Shown here: positions 1 through 11,247 of the stretch, in pieces
How the letters are laid out: each line of letters starts with the position of its first letter
Position numbering within the stretch: position 1 is the first letter of the stretch
DNA from: Bigelowiella natans nucleomorph
Lineage: Eukaryota; Protista; Cercozoa
Length of the DNA: 32,000 bases
Assembly (NCBI GenBank): GCA_000002455.1
Contig: DQ158857.1
Location: 102,145-134,144 of the forward strand
Direction: 5' to 3'
The notes under the pieces: generated by a model
Databases searched by the model: none
The model's input: the letters and a program-made list of their open reading frames with translations, nothing else
Told to the model about the DNA's origin: nothing
Position numbers and translations under genes: made by a program

Positions 1-879
1 ACTTATTTAAAAAAATACCCTAAACACCTAAACTCTAAATGTATATTACAAGCTCTTACTGTCTTAGGTAATTACGATACTTTATTCATACCAGAAAACA
101 ATACTGATAACAAAACTAAGCTAAATAAAAATATCCTAAGAATAAATAGAACCTTTATGGCTGGAACCTACGGAATTTTTAAGAACATCCATAAGAGAAG
201 TATGTATGATAATTATAATTTTGTTAAAACTAACTATTTCCATCTTGTATTAGATTATCAGAACTTATTAAGAAATAAAACTTTGGAAAAAAGATTATAC
301 CTTGACTATAATGTTTCATATAATTATTTTTTTCTCAACTATTTTAAGATTTTAGTCAAAAGTTCTAATTCGACTTCCAGCTTATATTCACTAGCTCTTA
401 TCACTTTCGTATTGTTTAAAAAATACAAAATTTTATGGCATTTGCCATTAAAAAATTATTTGTTTTTTCGAATGAAATATTTAGAATACAGTGGTTTCGA
501 ACTAGACGAAATTTCAAATCCTGATTATTACTGTTTTGACAAGTTTATTAGGAATAGTATTAACGCAAGGGATAAGTCTATCGTAAATTATTATTTATCA
601 AAAGAAACTATCACCATAATTTTAAAAATAAGTTTGGTTCTTTTCTATGTCAGTAAAAGAAAAAATAGATCTTTAAGATATCTTTTAGCATTTATTAATA
701 TTAGTAGCAATTCGAATGTAAAACTAAGTAATATAACGAATAGTCGAAAAAAATTATTATATCTCCTAAATGTGTATTTTAGAAAAATAAATAAAAAAAA
801 TATCAATAGAATAAAATCTATCATAAAAGTATTAAATCTCAGCAAAGAAGAAACTAAGTATATTTTAAGTAATAAATAA
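1..879 (+). CDS. Hypothetical protein, 5'-truncated by window edge
   Basis: Frame 1 is open from position 1 (TYLKKYPKHLNSK...) through the 157..879 ORF to TAA at 879; no recognisable motif. Confidence 0.6.
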   Translation, partial: TYLKKYPKHLNSKCILQALTVLGNYDTLFIPENNTDNKTKLNKNILRINRTFMAGTYGIFKNIHKRSMYDNYNFVKTNYFHLVLDYQNLLRNKTLEKRLYLDYNVSYNYFFLNYFKILVKSSNSTSSLYSLALITFVLFKKYKILWHLPLKNYLFFRMKYLEYSGFELDEISNPDYYCFDKFIRNSINARDKSIVNYYLSKETITIILKISLVLFYVSKRKNRSLRYLLAFINISSNSNVKLSNITNSRKKLLYLLNVYFRKINKKNINRIKSIIKVLNLSKEETKYILSNK

Positions 880-1062
880 ATATTTTTTAATTATACATAA
901 CGATTAAAGTATAAATATGAACGCAAAGAAAACCTATTAAAAAACCTTCTCTTTCCAGTACTAATAACAGCAATCAATTGGTGTAATTTCAATATTCATA
1001 AAAATGGTAATCTATAGTGGCACAAATTTTATTAACTACATTTTAATTTTGATTAAACTATT

Positions 1063-3762
1063 ATGATAATGAAAATAAAAAGTGTTTCAAAGCTAAATCT
1101 TCATGGAACAATAAATGAAAGATATATAAGAGCAAAAAATAAAAATATTCAGAAGAATATTAAATATAATCTAAAAAAAAATCATATTTCAATGCTTTGG
1201 AATAAAAACTATTCTATCGTAAATGACAGAAGTACCATATGCCATGTAACAATAGATCCTAGTAAATTCAGCGAAGATTTAACAAATATTTTAGCACTAG
1301 CACAAATGGAAGCTGCTGCTAGAAGTACTTTCAAAATCACAGGACCTTTTATACTACTTGGCATTTTAATGGCTCGTGGTAGCACAACAGGTTATGCTAT
1401 GCTCAAAACTTGGAAAGTAAATTACTTGAAGGCAAGAATAGAAGCCGATAAGATAAGATCAGATTTGACCAATCTATTTGGAGAGTTACCCGAAACATAT
1501 AGTTTTGATGATGAGGCTCATCGTATTCTGGATTATGCAGAAAGATACGCAAACTTTTTCGGATTGGTACAAATTGAAACTATACATGTTGTCATGGCAA
1601 TGTTTAGATATAAAAGAAGTAACGCATATAGAATTATTGAAACAATAACACCAAATTTTGAATCATTGGAAGAAATAGTAGATAATATAAGGCCTAACAT
1701 CTCTTTAAAAAGAGACAGTAAAGGATTTATTTATCAAGCACAAAAATCAGAACTACCTGAATTAGACCCTGAATCTGAAGATATTATTGATACATTTGGA
1801 GTAGATTTAACCGAGAAAGCCGAATTCGGCGAAGGAGATCCAGTTATAGGAAGAAAAAAAGAAATTGATAGATTGATCAGAGTCCTTGCAAGAAAGTCTA
1901 AAAATAATCCTTGCTTAGTTGGTGACCCAGGAGTAGGTAAAACAGCCATTGCCGAAGGTCTTGCTTATAGAATATGGAATGACGAAGTTCCAGAATTTTT
2001 AAAAAATAAAAGGATCATCAATTTGGAGCTAACTAAAATTGTTGCTGGATCCAAATATCGAGGTGATTTCGAGTCCAGAATTTTATCAATAATAGAAATG
2101 GCTAGATTCGAAGATAGTGTTATTTTATTTATTGACGAAATCCATACAATAATGGGGGCCGGATCCAGTGAAGGTACATTAGATGCAGCTAATATGCTCA
2201 AACCTCCTCTTTCTAGAGGTGAAATATCATTGATCGGTGCAACTACTGAAGAGGAATTTAGAAAATATATAAAAGCTGATGGAGCGCTAGAAAGAAGATT
2301 CCAAGCTGTTAAAGTACCAGAACCTACAATATCAGAAGCCATTCAAATACTACACGGAATTAAAAAAAATTTCGGAAATTATCATGGAGTAGTTTATAGT
2401 GATGAAGCAATAGAAGCTTGTGTAAAATTTTCTAAACAATACATCTCCGATAAATTTTTACCTGATAAAGCCATTGATTTATTGGATGAATCAGGAGCAT
2501 TCGTAAAAATGAAAGAAGGATATGCAATAAAAAATATAGAAGATTATACATTCTTAATAAAATCATACAGGGAAACTAAGAAAGCTGTGGTTGAAAAAGA
2601 TATTCAAAAGTTAAAAGCAACACTCATTACAGAGATCAAAGCACTAAAAAAAGTCGAACAGGTACTACAAAAAATAAAACTTAGCCAAGAAGCAATAAAA
2701 AGAGATATAAACAATATCAGAGTAGTAAAAGTTCCTGACGTAGAGACTGTGATCGAAGAAATGACCGGAGTTAAAATAAAAGAAGTATCCAAATCAGAAT
2801 CTGAAAATCTATTAAACCTTGAGTCAATCTTACATAAAAGCGTAATTGGACAAGAGGAGGCTGTTACAGCTGTATCCAAAGCAATGAGAAAATCAAGAGT
2901 TGGATTAAGAGATCCTAAAAGACCTATTGCTTCTTTCATTTTTGCTGGCCCTACTGGGGTAGGAAAAACAGAACTTGCCAAAACTCTATCTAGAGTTTAC
3001 TTTGATTCTGAAGATGCAATGATTCGATTTGATATGAGTGATTTTGCTGAAAAGCATAATGTATCTAAATTAATAGGATCACCTCCGGGCTATATAGGGT
3101 ATTCAGACGGCGGCCAATTGACAGAAGCTGTTAGAAAAACTCCTCACTCATTGGTACTTTTCGATGAACTAGAAAAGGCTCATCCAGATGTTTATCTACC
3201 TTTATTACAAGTTCTTGATGATGGTAGGTTAGCAGATTCTAAAGGAAAAATAGTAGATTTTAAAAATACAATAATTATACTAACATCAAATTTAGGTGCT
3301 AAAGAAGTAGAAGCTCGAAGAAAAGCGATCAAACAGTCATCTGAAACTGAGGATATATCAGAAAAAGAATCTTTTTCAATTTACAATGCCGCTATAGCAG
3401 AGTACTTTAGGCCAGAATTTCTAAACAGAATCGACGAAATTATTATATTTAAACGTTTAACTCAATCACAAGTCTATGAAATTTTTGCTATATTCATGAA
3501 CTCTGTAAAACATCGAGCAGCAAAGCTCGGTATTACAATCCAAGAAACAGAAAGATTGAGACAACTAGTTACAGAAGCAGGATATACGCCAGCTTTTGGT
3601 GCTAGACCTCTAAAAAGAACTATATCAAGATTGATAGAAAGTCCATTATCAGAAATGATTTTATCAAATGAAGTTGTTTCAGGAGATACTGTTTTATTAG
3701 ATTACTACAATAAGAAAGTAACTTTCATAAAAGTCGATAAGAGCATTCTTAAATTTGATTAA
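1063..3762 (+). CDS. clpC: ClpC/Hsp93 AAA+ chaperone, probably plastid-targeted; no intron needed
   Basis: 899-aa ORF with two AAA modules (GDPGVGKT/LFIDEIH; GPTGVGKT/LFDELEK), KLIGSPPGYIGY, GARPLKR, a short middle coiled coil and a K/N-rich N-terminal extension resembling a transit peptide. Confidence 0.92.
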   Translation: MIMKIKSVSKLNLHGTINERYIRAKNKNIQKNIKYNLKKNHISMLWNKNYSIVNDRSTICHVTIDPSKFSEDLTNILALAQMEAAARSTFKITGPFILLGILMARGSTTGYAMLKTWKVNYLKARIEADKIRSDLTNLFGELPETYSFDDEAHRILDYAERYANFFGLVQIETIHVVMAMFRYKRSNAYRIIETITPNFESLEEIVDNIRPNISLKRDSKGFIYQAQKSELPELDPESEDIIDTFGVDLTEKAEFGEGDPVIGRKKEIDRLIRVLARKSKNNPCLVGDPGVGKTAIAEGLAYRIWNDEVPEFLKNKRIINLELTKIVAGSKYRGDFESRILSIIEMARFEDSVILFIDEIHTIMGAGSSEGTLDAANMLKPPLSRGEISLIGATTEEEFRKYIKADGALERRFQAVKVPEPTISEAIQILHGIKKNFGNYHGVVYSDEAIEACVKFSKQYISDKFLPDKAIDLLDESGAFVKMKEGYAIKNIEDYTFLIKSYRETKKAVVEKDIQKLKATLITEIKALKKVEQVLQKIKLSQEAIKRDINNIRVVKVPDVETVIEEMTGVKIKEVSKSESENLLNLESILHKSVIGQEEAVTAVSKAMRKSRVGLRDPKRPIASFIFAGPTGVGKTELAKTLSRVYFDSEDAMIRFDMSDFAEKHNVSKLIGSPPGYIGYSDGGQLTEAVRKTPHSLVLFDELEKAHPDVYLPLLQVLDDGRLADSKGKIVDFKNTIIILTSNLGAKEVEARRKAIKQSSETEDISEKESFSIYNAAIAEYFRPEFLNRIDEIIIFKRLTQSQVYEIFAIFMNSVKHRAAKLGITIQETERLRQLVTEAGYTPAFGARPLKRTISRLIESPLSEMILSNEVVSGDTVLLDYYNKKVTFIKVDKSILKFD

Positions 3763-3842
3763 TAGTTTTGTAATGATATTTTTATTAACTTAATAATCTA
3801 GATTTTTGTTCTTCAATCCTTATATTTATTTAATTATAGTCT

Positions 3843-6200
3843 ATGGTTGACACTAAATCAGATCATATTAAAAAAGTACGATTCCTTCATAAAAAACTTC
3901 ACATTTATAAAGGCATTCCGAAATTTATACAATCATATAATTATTCTAAAAATAATTTTTCGAAACCAGAGCTTCATCGAAACAAAAGATATCAAGAAAT
4001 TTATAAGATATTAACATATCACAAAAATTGTCTTTCTCTATTAAGATTAAAAATGAAATATTTTCTAAAAAATAGTACTTTTAGTCAACAAATTTTTAGA
4101 TCAAGAAATTTAATTTTGAATGTCAATAATAACAAAAAAAAAGATGAAGAATGTAAGAACATACTTTCTGCTAACGATCTACCGGTAAAAAAAAATGAAA
4201 AAAATATAATTAAAGTTTAAAAAAGTATTAAAGATAATTAAAAATAGTGATATAATCTTAGTTATCGGAGAAACGGGTAGTGGTAAAACAACACAAATCC
4301 CACAAATAATTTACAAAAACTTTCAACACAAATTTAATAAGATTTTTTGTATGGAACCGCGTCGAATTGCAGCTATAAACGCAGCAACTAGAGTAGCAGA
4401 TGAAATGCATTTTATATTAGGTGACAAAGTAATTAAAGAAGAATAGATTGGATACAAAATTAGATATGAAAATATGACAAACAAGAATACAAACTTAAAA
4501 TTCGTTACAAATGGAATGTTCTTAAGAGAGTCAAGTATAGTCTCATACAATTTATTTAATATTTGGTATATTATAGATGAAGTACATGAAAGATCAATCG
4601 AAGTTGACATTATCTTAGGAATTACCAAATTTAAATATCAACAAGGTTGTAAAATTATCATAATGTCTGCAACTTTAGAAATTAATAAATTTTTGAGCTA
4701 CTTTAAATCCTTGACTTATATTCATATAAAAGGTATAATTTATCCTGTATTCATACAAGTTCACATAAAAATTACTTAGTGGATTAAAAAAACTAAAGAA
4801 GATGCTTTTACCATGATAATAAAAATAGTTTCAAAAATCTATCATATAAAAAAAAAAGGGCATCTTTTAATATTTTTATCGGGACAAGAAGAAATTGAGT
4901 TATTACGAAAAATTCTTCTCAACTATTTGTCCGAGGTAAAATAAAAAGTCAAAGAATAATATTAAGAATTTTATTTTACTTCCATTCTATACCCGAATTA
5001 GCCAATGTTATAAAAATATTGTTTTAAAAGATGTTAGCGACAATTTGCAAAAGTGCATTTTATCCACCAATATTGCTGAAACATCAATTACAATTAAAAA
5101 TGTTAGATTTGTCATAGATCTAGGTATACATAAAGCCAAACAATATTATCCTAATTTATTATCTTCTAGTTTACAGGTTTAATAAGAAATTAAAGCTAAA
5201 TGTCATTAGTAAGTCTTCTGCAATTCAACGAACAGGGAGAGCTGGCCGTACTCATGATGGAATTTGCTTTAGACTTTATACGAAAAGATTTTACCAGAAT
5301 ATAATGAAAATATCCCAGATTCCCGAAATAAAAAGACTGTCTTTAAACGAAGTAATCATAACAATTAAGGTTAATGTTTTTTTTAAAGAACTTAAAATTA
5401 AATAGTTTTCAATTTTTTGAAAATCCTAATTTACTTAATCTACAGAGCTCATTATATCATCTTTGGTTAATAGATCTATTAGATTCCAATGGAGATCTAA
5501 CGAAAGATGGACTATTCTCTATAGAATTAGGTATGCCTTCTGTTTTTTCTAAACTTATATTGAATTCCATCAGAATGAAATGTTCCGATAAAGTAATTTA
5601 ATATTTAATAGTGCTTAACTTTAATAGGAATTCTATCTAATTACTCTACAATAAACATAACAAAGTCTTTTCTTCTAAAAGAATTTCTTCACGAAAAGAA
5701 TCAATTTATATTGAGAGCAGAACTATTAATTAAAATGGAAGTTTTTTACAGATGGAAATTCTCTAATTTTTCAGTCAGCTGGGCTATAAAAAATGGCCAA
5801 GATTTAAAATCTTTGATGAATATTAGAAAAGTTTACTAAAAGTTATTAGATTCGAAAGCACCTAAAATACCAATTACTTAAATGTAATCTAAAACTTAAC
5901 ACTTCGATGTTTTATACTACAAGTTTGTTAAAATCCATAACTTCTATTTATTTCATGAATACATCCATTCTCGTAAAAGATAATATCTACATGACACTAA
6001 TAAGCGGTATTAGAGGATACTTCGACTCTTCAAAACAATCTATTCAAAAAGGATGTAAACCAAAATTATTATTATTCTGTGAACTACTAATAAATGATAG
6101 AATACGGTTCTTAAACACTATAGGAATAAAAATACATTGGATACTAAAATACGGGAATAAAGTATTCCGTACGAAACTTAACAATCAAAATAATTTATAA
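3843..6200 (+). CDS. DEAH-box RNA helicase (Prp2/16/22/43 family), 8 micro-introns
   Basis: Removing GT-AG introns 4215-4233, 4429-4446, 4759-4779, 4936-4954, 5177-5195, 5370-5388, 5593-5611 and 5831-5849 gives one frame with GETGSGKTTQIPQ, EPRRIAA, IDEVHER, MSAT, FLSGQEEIE, STNIAETSITI and QRTGRAGR. Confidence 0.92.
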
Positions 6201-6266
6201 TCATAAAAATATTAAGTAATAAATAAATATATTGCTTAGAAATAGTTTCTACTTAATATTCATTAT

Positions 6267-6847
6267 TCATAGGTTAAAATTAACAGGCTTCATAAAAATC
6301 GAATTTAAAAGAATTATATCGAAAGATGTTCCGTTGTTAGACGAGTATTCGTAATAGTTTTTCAGCTTACCAATCCCCAAAAATATAGAATTAAAATTAA
6401 AAATAAAAAAAATGTTAATACTTCTGTCAAAATAGGTTAGTAATGAAACGTATTTTGAGTTAATACGATTTCTAAAAATATCTTTCTTAGAAAAACAGTT
6501 TTTTAACCATAAACGATTTACAGAGAATTTTGATAGAAAATCTAAAAAAAAGAAATTAATTTTCACTTTAACTTTTGAAAAACCATAATACAGTTTTCCT
6601 AGCTTTATTCCTAGAGATAAAATTTTTGAATGAGAAAACTTTTCTTTCTTAAATTACTTCATTTATTTCAGACAATATAACTTTATTGAAAATAAAAATA
6701 TCGTTTTTTATTATTCTTAAAGTGTTCGATTTAAAAAGCAATTTAAAAAAAGTATTTAATCTTAAGCCTAATATTTTATAAAGATTTTTTACTATTAAAT
6801 GAATTTCCTATTTTTTAATACAATACTAATTTCGTCAATACTCTCAT
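6267..6847 (-). CDS. nip7: 60S ribosome biogenesis protein Nip7-like (PUA domain), 2 introns
   Basis: Introns 6808-6826 and 6639-6657 (19 nt each) join MRVLTKLE..., LSLGIKLGK, LDFLSKFSVNRLWLK and FLGIG. These resemble Nip7 MRPLTEEE, VSLGTCFGK, LDYLAPYAKYKVWIK and PLGFG. Confidence 0.7.
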
Positions 6848-6879
6848 TAATTTCTTGCTACTCAGTTAACAAATTTACA

Positions 6880-7132
6880 ATGACTACTGCTCACAGATCG
6901 ACTATTATTCCCAGTCAAAATAGTAGCTCTTCTAATATATTTACTGATTTTTATATAAAAAAGAGTCTGAGTAGAAAAGATAAAATTATAAATAAAAGAC
7001 TTATATACAAGTAAAATATTAAAATAAAGAAAGCTTAAATATCATGTAATCAATACCAAAAATATCCGTACTTTTCAGGGACATATTGCTGTAGATAGTG
7101 CTTTTAAATTTGAACAAGTATACGTAAAATAA
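6880..7132 (+). CDS. cwc15: Miniature spliceosomal Cwc15-like protein, 77 aa, 1 intron
   Basis: Starts MTTAHRST (Cwc15 MTTA[AH]RPT). The 19-nt intron 7011-7029 restores the frame, which ends KFEQVYVK* (Cwc15 C-terminus KFMEKYIK). Confidence 0.65.
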
Positions 7133-7515
7133 AAGTTTAATAACCTAAAGAAACGTCTGAGACTAGAGCTATTAAAGGTTATGGCAAGAAAAAATAAAAG
7201 TATTAATAACTAAAATCTACTCTTGAATTTGTGTCTTCATTAGATTTTATAATTAAACTAAATTTTTCACGATCTACTCTTAATTACTTAGAATTGTTTC
7301 AATATTTATAATAATCAGTTTGGCTATCGCTAATATTTATAAAAGAACCTATCATAATTAATTATAATTTAATAATCAATTTTTAATATCTATTAATAAG
7401 ATCATTGGTTCCCACTTTACTATTTTATCAATAATCTAAGAATATACTATGCAAGTTAATCAAATAAATTTACTCCTTAAAAAATTAATTACTTTAATAC
7501 AATAATTAATGCTTT

Positions 7516-10168
7516 ATGGTAACATATATAAAAGAAAACACTTCATCAAAGGTACTCTTTAAATTTAATAGCTTAAATCATTAAATAATCTACTATTCTT
7601 TATTGATAAAGTAGAAAAATAAACAATTAGATTAAAAAAAACTTAGTATATTATAAAGCTTTCAAAAATATACTTTTTTTAATTTCAGGAAACTTGATTA
7701 TTACACTTGAGCTATCACAGTCATCTTTAAGCTATACACAATCTCTAGAGTTAATAAAAATAAATAAACTAAATATTAAAAAACATCACAAGAATTTTAA
7801 TTATATCGTAGTTCAAAGCAAAATTGACTCAATTGTATATTATGTAAATACAGACCATGCAGTATTATTAGAATACAATAGAAAAAGTATTTTTTTAAAA
7901 AAAAAATCATCTGCACTGCTGTTTCTAAAAAAAAAAAAATAACCTTTTATTTGGGTTTGCAAAAGTTTCAGTTAATCAGTTTTGACCCAACAAATGGAAA
8001 AATCAATTATAGTATAAATACGAAGTAATCCATTTGAGATTAGTTCTGAAATTATAGAAATTTCGCATTCTAATAACTATAATCTGCTTATATTATTAAC
8101 AAGGAAAGGAATTTTCATAATAAATGAAAAATTTAAGGAGACTCAAGAAATTTTTACCATAAGACATCGGCATCTAGACAATAGTATTTTTCATAAAAAA
8201 CTATCGTTAAACAAAATAAAAGTTCTACAAAAAAGTATTTTATTTTTATGAAGAATATAATATTTATAATTTGTGTATAGGAACTAATCTAGGGCATCTC
8301 GTTATCCTATACTTAGATAACTTTACGAATAAAACTATTATAAAAAAATGCTTTTACGAATCCATTAGAACTTTAGATATTTTAAACAACAAATTATATT
8401 TAACTATTAGCTTCAATTTAACTTATAAAATATGGAAATTAATATCATATAGTACTGATATTAAACTAATTTCCAATATTATAAATCCTAACCGAGGCTT
8501 AATAATGACAAGGTTCAATAAACTTTTTAGATTTCTCAATAAAGAAAACACATTGATAGTTTTAGATTATAAAAACAAACTTAGAATATTAAAAGATTAT
8601 AATTTTAATTTCTGTCAATTTAAACTCCAGGTATCATAAAAATATTAAAGATTAAGTATTTCAAAGTTAGAAAAAATAAATTATTAAAAAAAATGATGCG
8701 CATTGTAATAAGTAGTTGTGCATTATGCTACTCTACGCAACATAATTATCACCGCGTCTCTTTCTTATTTGGAAAGATTCCTATACTATTTTTTATTAAT
8801 TCGTCATACAATGATGTTTTTTTTACCCTCTTAAAACAAAGTAAAACAATAATCTCAAAAAAAAAACTATTTTATGGATGTTTACATTATTCAAAATCAA
8901 GAAACTTTTTATTTCTCTGTAATAATAACCTAGAAATTTTAAAGTTTTATTATGTGAAAAAGATTTAACTGCCAGTCTTATACTTTCAGTGGTAGATTTA
9001 TATCAAAAAATATATTAAATAAACTGAAAAATACAACTCTTCCGATTTCTTTAGAATCTGACCATAGAGATCAGTCCTTATACAGTATTCACTTCGATAA
9101 AATGATAATAATATGGAATATCGAAAATTATGAATGCAGGATTATTTTAAAAGTTTTTATCGTTTAACCAGATTAATAGTTCATTAACTTTTGGATCAAT
9201 TACTACGAGACGAAAATCGCTAAATATAGCACTTGAAAATACTAGCGTTCTCGAATTAAAACAATATAAAATGCTCTTATTTAATTTCAGTGACATTGAT
9301 ATAATTATTGGAATCAAATACTTATCATCTATGAAGATTATTGTAATCTTTTCGATAGATGAAACAGTGAAAATTTACTCTTTTCGAGGTTTCTTTTTAC
9401 TAGTAAATCAATTTTAAAGTAGGAGTTATACAAAGAAGTAAATTTTTACAATAACTTTTTCTCATGGCACACGGATGTGATAAAAAAATGTTTTATCAAG
9501 AAAGTTACCCACGTATGTAACAATAATTTCGAATCGGTAAAGAAAAAAAATTACCAAAACATATCATTCATATCGAAAGAAAATAAAAAGCATTATTCTT
9601 TTTTTGAAAACTATCTCATGAAATTGTTTCAGTTCAGAGTCTATAAAAGTGATTTTCTTAATTTATTCAATAAAAGATTTATTAAAAGTATTTTAATCTT
9701 TAAAGTAAACCTAAATAGCAATGAAAGTGTATTTAATTTGTTATTTGGAATTCATAGCGCTAAAAAATTTATTAACGAAAAAAGATTTTTGTATATCAAT
9801 CAAAAAAATATAGATTATACGAAAAAGCTTCTATCAATTCTAATTATAAATAAAAATATTTTCATCAAAAATTATATTAAAGAAATATATTCGATGATTG
9901 TATTATTTTAAGTTAATAGAAAGTTAGTCAAAGCGTGACTATAAAAAAAATTAAACTTTTTCTAATTTACACTTTATTTAACATCAAGAAAAACTCAAAC
10001 TTAATTGAAATAATGATACTTTTTATGTCAATAAATTGTTATATTAAAACAATTATTAAAAATAATACTTTAATAACATACATTTGGAATACTGTAAAAA
10101 AGCTATTAAACGAGAAAATACATTTTGTTATAGGAAAACTATTATTATTAAAATGTACTATAAATTAA
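7516..10168 (+). CDS. Large multi-intron WD40-repeat protein, possibly Utp13/TBL3-like
   Basis: ATG 7516 with introns 7552-7571 and 7611-7630 leads into ORF 7694; intron 9900-9919 joins the last two ORFs. WD-like ends: TYKIWKL, FDKMIIIWNIENYEC, SIDETVKIYS. C-terminal YIWNT recalls the Utp13 WNT motif. Internal exons were not all resolved. Confidence 0.55.
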
Positions 10169-10197
10169 TTAAATAAATTATTCAAATATAGTTAAGT

Positions 10198-10629
10198 ATG
10201 AATGATCTTAATTCAAAAATACCAGGTTATTTGAAAAAAATCCCCTGGTACTCAAAGCAAGATAATAATAAAAATACACACATTTTTAAGAACTTTTATA
10301 AAACATATACTTTACCCAAATACGTAGGTACAATAAGAGAAAAATCAACAAATGATCAAAAAAATAAGAATATCAAAATAACACCCTTTTTTAATCTATT
10401 AAACCATTATACTTTTAAAAAAACCAAAGTTTATAAATCAAATAAACAACTTATAGCTTTCAGATCTTTTTTAAATGTAAAATCTCTCAATAATAATCAT
10501 TATAAAATGAGAAAATTTATCCATACCACTCCTTTAGAGAAAAAAAAAAATAAGTTACAATACAACAAAACACCACTTTTATTCATCAAGAAACTACGTT
10601 TCCTCTATGCACCTATACATAATAGCTAA
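10198..10629 (+). CDS. slu7: Truncated pre-mRNA splicing factor Slu7-like
   Basis: N-terminal DLNSKIPGYLKKIPWY matches the Slu7 motif DINPHIPQYISSxPWY; only 143 aa. Confidence 0.6.
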   Translation: MNDLNSKIPGYLKKIPWYSKQDNNKNTHIFKNFYKTYTLPKYVGTIREKSTNDQKNKNIKITPFFNLLNHYTFKKTKVYKSNKQLIAFRSFLNVKSLNNNHYKMRKFIHTTPLEKKKNKLQYNKTPLLFIKKLRFLYAPIHNS

Positions 10630-10700
10630 AAAAATCACTTTAAACAAACTTTTGAATTTAATGCTATGAACATAATTGATAAATTAAGAGTTATATCACG

Positions 10701-10772
10701 GTGGATATGGTTTAATGGATAAAACATCACATTGTGGTTGTGAAAATCCGGGTTCGATTCCCAGTATCCACA
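10701..10772 (+). tRNA. trnH: tRNA-His (GTG)
   Basis: Acceptor GTGGATA/TATCCAC plus discriminator A, anticodon arm TCACA-TTGTGGT-TGTGA, T-loop GTTCGATTC. Confidence 0.93.
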
Positions 10773-10808
10773 CTAAAACTGTTGTATAACTTAAAACCAT
10801 TAGATAAT

Positions 10809-11183
10809 ATGAATAAAAGAAAAGGTGCTGGTAATCCAAATGAAATTGTTCTTTTTATGTGTGGAGCTATGGTAATTAAAAATAAATTAGTTCTCATTTA
10901 TTTTAACAAGAATCAATGATAAATCTTCAATTAATACATCTAGAAGCTATTCTACAAAGTAAACAAAAGAAAAAAAGTCGCGATACCTTAATTAATTTAT
11001 GCAATGAAGCAATGATTCAAATACAAAGCTTATCTGGAGAACAGCCAAGCTCGACCGAAGTATACTTTTTCAATATAGTTTAATCTTAAAAAAACTAATC
11101 TATCCATTGAAAAACAGTGGACCGATTCACTTTCATGGAAAAGGTACAAAAGCGTTATTATAGATGGAAACAACAAAGAGTAA
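10809..11183 (+). CDS. Hypothetical 105-aa protein with 3 micro-introns
   Basis: Three 19-nt GT-AG introns (10872-10890, 10959-10977, 11060-11078) give one ATG-to-TAA frame, MNKRKGAGNPNEIVLFMCGAMFSFIL...IIDGNNKE. Confidence 0.7.
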
Positions 11184-11247
11184 GTAATCCAGAATGGTAT
11201 GTTTAATATTAATGCTTTCCTTTTTAATTTTTTTTTGAATTAATTAA

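Noticed and set aside
1734-2981. Minus-strand ORFs inside clpC, and similar ones at 645, 4323, 12397, 12659 and 14492
   Set aside because: Antisense shadows of well-supported plus-strand genes.
10734-10808. 5' part of ORF 10734..10919
   Set aside because: Overlaps tRNA-His; the plausible start is ATG 10809.
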